Shown here in pieces: positions 56,948 to 64,000 of a stretch of DNA of 64,000 nucleotides. Every line of letters starts with the position of its first letter. Positions within the stretch are counted from its first letter, which is position 1. The notes beneath the pieces were generated by a model that worked only from the letters and a program-made list of their open reading frames with translations, did not search any database and was not told the origin of the DNA. A program made the translations under genes and the position numbers. Where the stretch lies: assembly GCA_947448885.1 (NCBI GenBank), contig CANFPJ010000003.1, positions 5,090 to 69,089 of the forward strand, written 5' to 3'. The stretch comes from Comamonadaceae bacterium. Its GTDB lineage: Bacteria; Pseudomonadota; Gammaproteobacteria; Burkholderiales; Burkholderiaceae_C.

Positions 56948-57742
56948 TCATCGGGTACCAGGCGCTGTGGTGCTGCTGGAGGGGCCACCCATCGAGCCAC
57001 CGAGGCCACCCATGCCACCCATTTGGCCACTCGGCGGGCCGCTCATCTGAGACGCCCCCGAAGCACCAGGACCTCCCATGCCGCCACTGGGTGGGCCAGC
57101 CATCATCCCGCCAGGGGCACCCATGCCACCTGCGGCTGCACCGGTAGGTCCACCCATTGCCATGCCTGGGCCGCCCATGCCGCCACCTTGTCCACTGGGC
57201 GGGCCACCCATACCGGCACCGGGGGCACCCATGCCACCCATTTGTCCGCCGGGGGCGCCCATGCCGCCCGCTTGTCCGCTGGGAGGACCACCCATCCCAC
57301 TGACAGGACCGCCCATGCCGCCCATTTGGCCGCTGGGGGGGCCGCCCATGCCACCACCAGGGGCACCCATGCCACCCATTGGGCCTTGAGGAGGACCACC
57401 CATGGCGCCGGCTGGACCGCTCATGCCGCCCATTTGTCCACTGGGGGGGCCGCCCATGCCACCACCAGGGGCACCCATGCCACCCATTGGGCCTTGAGAA
57501 GATCCGCCCATCGCGCCGCCAGGGCCGCCGGGGGGGCCACCCATTTGTCCGTTGGGAGGGCCACCCATTTGCCCTTGCGCAGGGCCGCCAGTTTGTCCAC
57601 CCGCTTGCGCACCGCCACCACCACCTTGGTTGGGCATCTGACCACCGGGCGCAGCGGGCTGAGCGCTCACCAAACAGGTGGCCGCAGCCCACAACAAAGT
57701 CATGGCGGTGGCACTGCGTTTGAAGTTTTTGTAATGATTCAT
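56948..57742 (-). CDS. Secreted Gly/Met/Pro-repeat protein (264 aa)
   Basis: Signal peptide ending VSA-Q; tandem MGGPPSGQ/MGGMGAPGG units. Confidence 0.8.
   Translation of the reverse strand: MNHYKNFKRSATAMTLLWAAATCLVSAQPAAPGGQMPNQGGGGGAQAGGQTGGPAQGQMGGPPNGQMGGPPGGPGGAMGGSSQGPMGGMGAPGGGMGGPPSGQMGGMSGPAGAMGGPPQGPMGGMGAPGGGMGGPPSGQMGGMGGPVSGMGGPPSGQAGGMGAPGGQMGGMGAPGAGMGGPPSGQGGGMGGPGMAMGGPTGAAAGGMGAPGGMMAGPPSGGMGGPGASGASQMSGPPSGQMGGMGGLGGSMGGPSSSTTAPGTR
57314..57497. repeat. Intragenic near-identical direct repeat, 108-bp period
   Basis: catgccgcccattt...gccgcccatgccaccaccaggggcacccatgccacccattgggccttgag occurs from both 57314 and 57422. Confidence 0.8.
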
Positions 57743-57782
57743 TTTTGACTTCGTTGATGCGGAGGGGGTCGAGCGATGTCGA

Positions 57783-59012
57783 TCACATGGTCAAGACGTT
57801 TTTCAAGCCGCTGACTCGGCCCAAAAACAGCAAGGCCTTGGCATAGTTCACTTTGGCGTCAATGGCTTCCACTTCAGTCGCGTGCCAGTTGTTGACATCA
57901 TCCAAACTGGCCATTTTTTTGTCGGCCAGGTTTTTTTGGTTGTCCAGCGCGGTTTGCAATTTGAGCTTGGCACTGTTGAATTGCAGCAAGGCTTGGTTGA
58001 CTTCAAAGTAAACCCGGTTTTTGGCGTCTTCGAGCATGATTTCGGCTTGCAAGCGGGCGTTTTTCGCGGCCACCAAATCAGCGTCATACAACTGGCTGAT
58101 GGGGATGGGCACGCTGACCGAGAAGCCATAAGAGATTCCACGCTCATAGGTGGTCGAATATCCGCTGTACGTACCCACGTACCCTGGTGTGTCTGTGCCA
58201 TAGACACTCACGCTGTAATCCAGATTGCGGTTTTTTTGTGCCAGCACATCGGCGGCTTTGGACACGTTGAATGCCGCTTCCAGCGACAAAATATCGGGGC
58301 GTGAGCGGCGGGCGTTGTCGACCAGGCTTCTCACGTCAAAGTCCCTGGGGGCGACATTGAGTTCGGCCGTGGGGTCGGGCAGCACATTGCTGGGCTTGCC
58401 CAAGAAACTGGCCATGCCCAAAGAAAAGTATTTGAAGTCGTTGGCTTGGTCGGTCTTGAATTGCTTGTAATCGTCAATGGCCAGCTTCAGGTCTGGGTTG
58501 CCCATTTTTTCCAATTCTGTTTGGGCCTTGTCTTTGACCAGCCAAAGGTTTTTGACACGCAAGGCGTCCAAGAACAAAAAGGCGGAGTCAACTTCCACGC
58601 CATAAACCATGGCGCCCAAGTCCACCGATTGGCGGGCCAACTCAGTGCCCGAATACTCTTTGCGAGCGTCTTGCTTGCCGCGGCCTTCGATATTGCCCGA
58701 CAAGGTGTAGGTGCCTGATTGGGGTGAGCGACTTGCAAATGCGTCCGTCGGTGCCTGGGCGTAAAAGGTACCCCGGCTGTAGCTGAATGAGGGGTTGAGG
58801 TTGTAAGCCGACATGGACTGCTGCCATGAGGCGGTGGATTCATTGGCTAACTTTTTGGTCCGAATCCAGGTGTTGCTTTCCTTGACTTGCGCAATGAATT
58901 CACTGAGCTTGATGGGCTTCAAATTGACATCATCGAGTTTGAAAACCGCAGCATCTTGTGCAAAGGCTGGACACACAAAGGCCATGCCCAAGGAAACAAC
59001 TAACTTTTTCAT
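57783..59012 (-). CDS. TolC/outer-membrane efflux (OEP) family protein, orphan
   Basis: Signal peptide ending AFA-Q; two OEP-like repeats (NPSFS...RGK..AR; RPDI...GFSVSVPIP...A.N.R..A). Confidence 0.8.
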   Translation of the reverse strand: MKKLVVSLGMAFVCPAFAQDAAVFKLDDVNLKPIKLSEFIAQVKESNTWIRTKKLANESTASWQQSMSAYNLNPSFSYSRGTFYAQAPTDAFASRSPQSGTYTLSGNIEGRGKQDARKEYSGTELARQSVDLGAMVYGVEVDSAFLFLDALRVKNLWLVKDKAQTELEKMGNPDLKLAIDDYKQFKTDQANDFKYFSLGMASFLGKPSNVLPDPTAELNVAPRDFDVRSLVDNARRSRPDILSLEAAFNVSKAADVLAQKNRNLDYSVSVYGTDTPGYVGTYSGYSTTYERGISYGFSVSVPIPISQLYDADLVAAKNARLQAEIMLEDAKNRVYFEVNQALLQFNSAKLKLQTALDNQKNLADKKMASLDDVNNWHATEVEAIDAKVNYAKALLFLGRVSGLKNVLTM

Positions 59013-59033
59013 GTTCACACCACTATCAGAATA

Positions 59034-59076
59034 AAGAAAAAATGTCTCCCATACCTGTCGCAGATATGGGAGACAT
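59034..59076 (-). terminator. Rho-independent terminator after the small Gly/Ser/Gln gene
   Basis: ATGTCTCCCATA...TATGGGAGACAT 12-bp stem followed by a T-rich tail on the - strand. Confidence 0.8.
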
Positions 59077-59099
59077 GACTCACTTAAGCCATCAAAGGA

Positions 59100-59396
59100 T
59101 TACTTGGATTGGCCTTGACCACCCTGCTGGCCACCACCGCTTTGACCGCCAGACTGGCCACCGGTTGAGCCGCCGCCTTGGCTGCCACCAGCACTTTGGG
59201 TTTGTGAGCCGCCACCAGATTTCTGCTGGCCGCCACCGCTTTGACCGCCAGACTGACCACCGGTCGAGGAAGCGCCAGTTGAAGCGCCACCAGATTTCTG
59301 CTGACCGCCACCGCTGGCGCCACCGCTGGTTTGACTGATGGTGGCCATGCTGGTGGTGACCATGGCAACTGCCAAGAAGATTTTGGTTAATTTCAT
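59100..59396 (-). CDS. Small secreted Gly/Ser/Gln-rich low-complexity protein (98 aa)
   Basis: GGAG RBS, leader MKLTKIFLAVAMVTTSMA. The mature part is almost only G/S/Q/T/A/K, with STGGQSGGQSGGGQQ x2 and GGGQQKSGG x2. Confidence 0.8.
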   Translation of the reverse strand: MKLTKIFLAVAMVTTSMATISQTSGGASGGGQQKSGGASTGASSTGGQSGGQSGGGQQKSGGGSQTQSAGGSQGGGSTGGQSGGQSGGGQQGGQGQSK

Positions 59397-59714
59397 GTGA
59401 GACTCCAAAGTTGTGAGATGTGTTTTAGCCGTTATCCGGCACCCATAGGCCTGCGCATTCTTAGTCAGACAAAATGGGAAAACTCACAATAACACATCAA
59501 AATATCCTTTTATATTAAAAACGTCGATATTTATTTAAATATGAATTTGCGCCACATTGAATGGTGCGTCACATTTGAACGCCAACCCGAATGGCAATGG
59601 CAGCGGCAGCAGCCAGGACATATGAACATTTGATTTGTTTTGTTTTTCTTCACAAGAAAATCTGCCCTGCCCATTGGCGGTGAATGCCAGGTGCCGACAG
59701 GCTGTTTTCAGGAC

Positions 59715-59747
59715 AAAAAAGCCTGCCCAACGGGCTCTCGTTGGGCA
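59715..59747 (-). terminator. Rho-independent terminator
   Basis: TGCCCAACG...CGTTGGGCA hairpin with an A6 run on the + strand, just downstream of the 59775..61838 gene. Confidence 0.65.
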
Positions 59748-59774
59748 CAACGCCCTCCTTGGCACACAGGGTGC

Positions 59775-61838
59775 TCAAGGCTTTTTCTTCAGCACCGCCA
59801 ACAAGCTGCTGTAGTCGTCGCGCCAGGCGGCAAAACCTTCGGGTGCCCCGACCTCGCGCATGGCCTGCAGCGAAGCGTGGTCGAAAAAATCCTTGCGGTC
59901 CGTGATCACGACCCATCTGGAGGCAAACGCCAAATCCTGGTCGCCGGGGTGCTCGAGCAGGCGCATGTGTTTGCCATGGTGTTCGGCCGCGCGCTTGAGC
60001 ACGGGCACCAGGTCCAAAAAGGCATTGGTCACGTTCATCGCCAACACGCCATCCGGTTTGAGGTGTTTGAAATAAATTTGGAAGGCTTCGAGGGTGAGCA
60101 AATGCACGGGCACCGAGTCGCCCGAGAAAGCGTCCATCACCAACACATCAAATTGCTGCGAAGGCTCACGCTCGAGTTGCAAGCGGCCATCGCCCAAAAC
60201 AATCTCCAGATTGGCGGGGGTGTCGCTCAGGTAGGTGAATTTTTCCTGGGCCAGTTCGATCACCAAGGGGTCGATTTCATACAAGCGGTACACATCGCCC
60301 GCACGCCCATAGGCCACCAAGGTGCCCACGCCCAAGCCCAGCACACCCACGCGCAAGGGGCCTGTTTCGCCTTTGGCCAACATGGCCAAACCCACGCCCG
60401 AGGCGGGGGTGAAGTAGGTGGTGGGGCGCCTGCGCAAATCATCGCTCACATATTGTTGGCCGTGGATGATTTGGCCGTGCAGCATGCGTCGGTAGCCGCC
60501 GTATTCGTACATTTTGAGCGAGCCATAAAAATTGCGCGCCTTCCAAGTCACCCCCTCCGATTTGGCTTGGTGGTAGCTCACGCTGGCCCACACCAACGCC
60601 ATGGACATGGCCCCACCCAGCACACCCACCGATGTGCGCCAGTTTGGCGTCATCCCCAGCGCTGGGCCCAACAAAGCCGCCAGCACCACGACCGCCGACA
60701 GCACCAGACCCACCGAATATTCATAGTTGCTGTTGAAGAAATAAGGCGCGATCACGCCGACAAAAAAACCACCCAAAAAGCCACCCACCGACAGCATCAA
60801 GTAGTAGCCCGTCAGGTGGCGAGGGTTGGGCTTTTGCCCGGCCAACTCGCCGTGGCACACCATGCACACCCCAAAAAACGACAGCAGGTTCAGCCCCACG
60901 CTGAATGCCACCGGCCACTCGCCCATGCGCAAGTTGGGCAAATAGGCCAACAGGGCCAAAGACAGCACAAACAAAGGCAACCAGATCAACCGCTTGTACA
61001 AAAAAGGCATCTCGAAACAAATGATGAATGAGAGCAAATACAAGGCCAACGGCATGACCCACATCAAGGGAATGGGGGCGATGTTTTCGGTCATGAAGCT
61101 GGTGTCGGCCACCATCAGCATTGAGGGACAAGCGGCCAAGGCCACCCAGATGAGCTGCTGGACCAGGCGCGGTGCTGCTTCGGGCAACTCTGCGCTGTCC
61201 TGGGAGGCGCCACTGGGGGCCGTCTCAGCGCTGGCCAAAGCCAAACTGCGCCGCGACAAATAAACGCAGCACAGCACAAACACCACAAAGAACGCTGACC
61301 ACATCCACGACTGCATGCGGGTGGGCAAGGCCGACTCGATCACCAAGGGATAGGCCAGCAAAGCCAGCATCGAGCCCAAATTGGACAAGGCAAACAAGCG
61401 ATACGGCACCACGTCTGATCGCTCTTTGGCAAACCAAGCTTGAACCAAGGGGCCGGTGGTGGACAAGACCATGTAGGGCAGGCCAATCGTCACACCCAAC
61501 AAATACAAAATCAACCACGTTGGGTCTTCAGACCCCTGGGGCTTCAAGGCCTCCGAAGGGCTGATGGGCAAAAACAAAAGGCACAGCAGCAACAGCGCAA
61601 TGTGCAAAAAGCTCTGTCGAGACGGGCTCAGGAGGCGCATCACCCAGTGGGTGTACAAATAGCCCAGCAACAACAAAGATTGGAAAAACAACATGCACGC
61701 CGTCCACACCGAGGCGGCGCCGCCAAACCACGGCAAGATCATCTTGCCCATCATGGGCTGAACTTGAAATAATAAAAACGCGCTCAAAAAAATGGTGATG
61801 GCGTAGGCCAAAATCGGGGTTTGCTCGTGCTTTTTCAT
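59775..61838 (-). CDS. Fused multi-TM membrane/spermidine-synthase-like (SAM-fold) protein
   Basis: FLLFQVQP...LPWFGG...VW..C..FFQ, Y.LFA.SN.GS, CHGEL, VLGLGVG, YEIDP, GDGR, DAFS.D..P.HLLT, WRDD.S. Confidence 0.88.
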   Translation of the reverse strand: MKKHEQTPILAYAITIFLSAFLLFQVQPMMGKMILPWFGGAASVWTACMLFFQSLLLLGYLYTHWVMRLLSPSRQSFLHIALLLLCLLFLPISPSEALKPQGSEDPTWLILYLLGVTIGLPYMVLSTTGPLVQAWFAKERSDVVPYRLFALSNLGSMLALLAYPLVIESALPTRMQSWMWSAFFVVFVLCCVYLSRRSLALASAETAPSGASQDSAELPEAAPRLVQQLIWVALAACPSMLMVADTSFMTENIAPIPLMWVMPLALYLLSFIICFEMPFLYKRLIWLPLFVLSLALLAYLPNLRMGEWPVAFSVGLNLLSFFGVCMVCHGELAGQKPNPRHLTGYYLMLSVGGFLGGFFVGVIAPYFFNSNYEYSVGLVLSAVVVLAALLGPALGMTPNWRTSVGVLGGAMSMALVWASVSYHQAKSEGVTWKARNFYGSLKMYEYGGYRRMLHGQIIHGQQYVSDDLRRRPTTYFTPASGVGLAMLAKGETGPLRVGVLGLGVGTLVAYGRAGDVYRLYEIDPLVIELAQEKFTYLSDTPANLEIVLGDGRLQLEREPSQQFDVLVMDAFSGDSVPVHLLTLEAFQIYFKHLKPDGVLAMNVTNAFLDLVPVLKRAAEHHGKHMRLLEHPGDQDLAFASRWVVITDRKDFFDHASLQAMREVGAPEGFAAWRDDYSSLLAVLKKKP

Positions 61839-61927
61839 CTTGTATTTATTTAATTTATTGATTTAAATATAAAAATATTAACTTCATCGATTATTAGCCA
61901 AAAGCCCAACACCATCAGGAAACAGCC

Positions 61928-62701
61928 ATGAACGAACAGCCCAACATGCCCCGACCCACGTTGTCCCAAGCCCATGCCGTGGTCACAGGCGCGCAGCAAG
62001 GCATTGGTTTGGCCATTGCGGTGGCGCTGGCCCAAGCCGGCGCCCGCATCGTTGCCAATTACTTGGACGAGGCGGCAGCCGCCAGCGGCATGCAAACCCT
62101 GTCCGACATGGGCGCGAAGGTCACCTGGGTCAAAGCCGATTTGACGGACACCGCGCAAATCGCGCATTTATTTGCGCAAGCCGACGCCCAGGGCGGCGTG
62201 GATATCTTGGTCAACAACGCGGCCATATTTCCCCGCGCCGATTTCCTCGATCTCACCGAGGCCATGTGGGACCAAACCTTGGCGGTCAATCTCAAAGCGC
62301 CTTTTTTATGCACCCAACAAGCGGCGCGGCGCATGATCGCGCAGGGGCGTGGCGGCAGCATCATCAACATCACCTCTGGCGCGGCCTTTCGCAGCTCGCC
62401 CAAAGCCGCCCATTACGTCTCGAGCAAAGCCGGTTTGGTGGGTCTGACGCGCGCCAGCGCCATGGCCTTGTCGGCCCACCGCATCCGGGTGAATGCCGTC
62501 GCACCGGGCATCACCGACACCGCCCAACCGCGCCAAGGCATGAGCGAAGCGGAGATTCATGCAGCGGCCGATCAGGTGCCCTTGGGCCGCATTGCCAGCG
62601 CCAGCGACATCGCCCCCATCGTTCAGTTTTTGGCCTCAGAGGGCGCGGCCCATGTCACCGGTCAAACCTGGCATGTGAATGGCGGGCAGTACTTAGCTTG
62701 A
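61928..62701 (+). CDS. SDR-family oxidoreductase
   Basis: TGAQQGIG, NNAA, YVSSK, NAVAPG, VTGQ...VNGG. Confidence 0.93.
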   Translation: MNEQPNMPRPTLSQAHAVVTGAQQGIGLAIAVALAQAGARIVANYLDEAAAASGMQTLSDMGAKVTWVKADLTDTAQIAHLFAQADAQGGVDILVNNAAIFPRADFLDLTEAMWDQTLAVNLKAPFLCTQQAARRMIAQGRGGSIINITSGAAFRSSPKAAHYVSSKAGLVGLTRASAMALSAHRIRVNAVAPGITDTAQPRQGMSEAEIHAAADQVPLGRIASASDIAPIVQFLASEGAAHVTGQTWHVNGGQYLA

Positions 62702-62728
62702 ACCGATCATTATCGAATCAGGCCGACA

Positions 62729-63790
62729 CTATTTGGAGGGAAATCGGATGGTGGCCAAGTCTGTGCCCACCACCACATTGCCGTTGAAGCCCGACTCCGC
62801 CACCACCTTCAAATAATCTGCTTGGGTAAACGGGCCACCCGGCACTTTGTAAGGACCGTGCCGCAAGGCCCCCAAAGGTGGGGCCAGATGGGTCAGCATC
62901 AAATGCTTGGCACCGATGCGTTTGGCCAACGCACCCAAGTCGCCCACCAAACTTTGTCGGTGAAATACATCTGCGGGCATGCCGCTGTCGCGATCTGGCC
63001 CCATGGCCGGGTGCATGGTGGAGTGAACCACAATGTCCGCACCTTGGGCGAGACGCTCGACTTGCGCCGACGTTGAACTTGCGCGCGGGGGCGACGTGAC
63101 ATCGTTGCCCGCATCGCCCCCAATCACCACGCTGCCGGCAGGCGTGTCAACCCGATACGAGGCATGACCTGTGATGTGTGTCGAGCGAATGGCGCTCACT
63201 TTCACTTCCCCCAGCGACCATACGCCTTGTGCATCGTTGGTTGGCAAAAAGGTCTTGATGCTCAATACATCAGCCGGGCCACCTGGCAACCGGGACTTGT
63301 CTTCCGAGCGCCTTTGCGCAATCTCTCCAGATTTCAAATAAGCATCCCCAATGTGCGCCACCAGGTTGCGGCAACTCAGCGTGAACCCCAGGGCAGAGGT
63401 CATGTCATCGGCACAAACCACATCCAACTTCGGTCCATTGGAATTGAAATTCCAGCGCAATTGGGCCAAGTCGGCAAAGCCGTCGGCATGGTCCGAATGC
63501 ACATGGGTGAAAAAGATGGCGGTGACCTGTCCAGGCGACACACCCAGTTGTGACAAACGCATGGTGGTTCCACGGCCAGCGTCAAATTGCAACCTCACCG
63601 CGTTGCAATCGTTGTTGTCATCGCCGTAGCGCACCAAGGTCCCTGCCCCGGCCAGCCCATTGACCGCAGGTGGCCCACTTTGGGTGCCCGTCAAGCTGAC
63701 GATCATGCACGGCGCAGCCTGTGCGGGCATGAGCAGCAGGCCCAAACCCAATGTCAACAACATTCTGACAAAACCCGATAAAAAACCCAT
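62729..63790 (-). CDS. Secreted MBL-fold metallohydrolase (RNase Z/AtsA-like)
   Basis: Signal peptide ending AQA, LTGT, FDAGRG, THVHSDH, GD, LTHL; start uncertain. Confidence 0.85.
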   Translation of the reverse strand: MGFLSGFVRMLLTLGLGLLLMPAQAAPCMIVSLTGTQSGPPAVNGLAGAGTLVRYGDDNNDCNAVRLQFDAGRGTTMRLSQLGVSPGQVTAIFFTHVHSDHADGFADLAQLRWNFNSNGPKLDVVCADDMTSALGFTLSCRNLVAHIGDAYLKSGEIAQRRSEDKSRLPGGPADVLSIKTFLPTNDAQGVWSLGEVKVSAIRSTHITGHASYRVDTPAGSVVIGGDAGNDVTSPPRASSTSAQVERLAQGADIVVHSTMHPAMGPDRDSGMPADVFHRQSLVGDLGALAKRIGAKHLMLTHLAPPLGALRHGPYKVPGGPFTQADYLKVVAESGFNGNVVVGTDLATIRFPSK

Positions 63791-64000
63791 CTGTCGCTCT
63801 CCTGTATGTTGGCCTTCAGCCAATGCCATGGCTTCTCAGATTTAAGCACAGCACCGACACCAAACGCCATCAACCCAAGCCTGGAACCGCCATGAAAACC
63901 CTAAAACCACACCTGCGCCCAACCCCATCCAACGCCAGATATTCAATAGCGATAAATGCTCCACAAGCGCCCAAACAGATGAATATTGAACGTTAAGAAC

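Noticed and set aside
56289-57389. + strand Pro/Met-rich ORFs (56289..56549, 57078..57389)
   Set aside because: These are reverse-complement artefacts of Gly/Met codons and lack leaders and RBS.
55799-57742. Collagen-like or curli/Fap assignment
   Set aside because: There is no sustained Gly-X-Y register, no curlin (QxGxxN) or Fap repeat, and no csg/fap-like partner genes.
55799-59396. Repetitive DNA as a possible CRISPR array or non-coding tandem repeat
   Set aside because: The repeats are in frame, vary at synonymous positions and lie inside signal-peptide ORFs; there are no constant repeat-spacer units or cas genes.
59528-61853. TATTTATTTAA present on both sides of the spermidine-synthase-like gene, as a possible target-site duplication
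   Set aside because: It is a low-complexity word within AT-rich promoter regions, with no transposase or terminal inverted repeats.
63830-64000. Possible gene at the window end
   Set aside because: No supportable ORF; it appears intergenic.

Overview
A GC-rich, gene-dense catabolic region. The gene content (six Bug/TctC receptors, LIV-type ABC transporters) suggests a Burkholderiales/Comamonadaceae bacterium; this is an inference. No rRNA, tRNA, CRISPR array or transposase was recognised. From start to end: (1) 1-4.8 kb, a LIV-type ABC operon running into an enoyl-CoA hydratase. (2) 5.6-27.7 kb, a large CoA-dependent catabolic locus with a GntR/UTRA regulator and two copies of the palindrome TTTGTCYGGACAAA. 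It encodes an acyl-CoA ligase, two ACADs, three MaoC-type proteins, thiolase+DUF35, CitE, a class III CoA-transferase, PrpD, an OYE, two cupins, a triple-RidA fusion and a Ser-less tandem alpha/beta-hydrolase. (3) 27.8-31.5 kb, a Pho-box-preceded phytase-like esterase and PhoX. (4) 31.5-43.4 kb, Bug-linked clusters: Asp-box propeller/maleate-isomerase-like/cupin/flavin monooxygenase/IclR, then CoA-transferase/HMG-CoA-lyase-like. (5) 43.6-51.5 kb, a visibly AT-richer island with IorAB-like molybdoenzyme, secreted isochorismatase-like hydrolase, extradiol dioxygenase, FAH, FMN reductase and LysR. (6) A Rieske/Bug/FAH unit. (7) 55.7-59.6 kb, the best candidate for a novel system: three signal-peptide-bearing Gly-rich low-complexity proteins co-oriented with an orphan TolC-family gene. 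(8) A membrane-fused spermidine-synthase-like protein, an SDR and an MBL hydrolase. Start codons were re-assigned by eye where the ORF track over-extends. All family calls come from motif recognition, not database searches.
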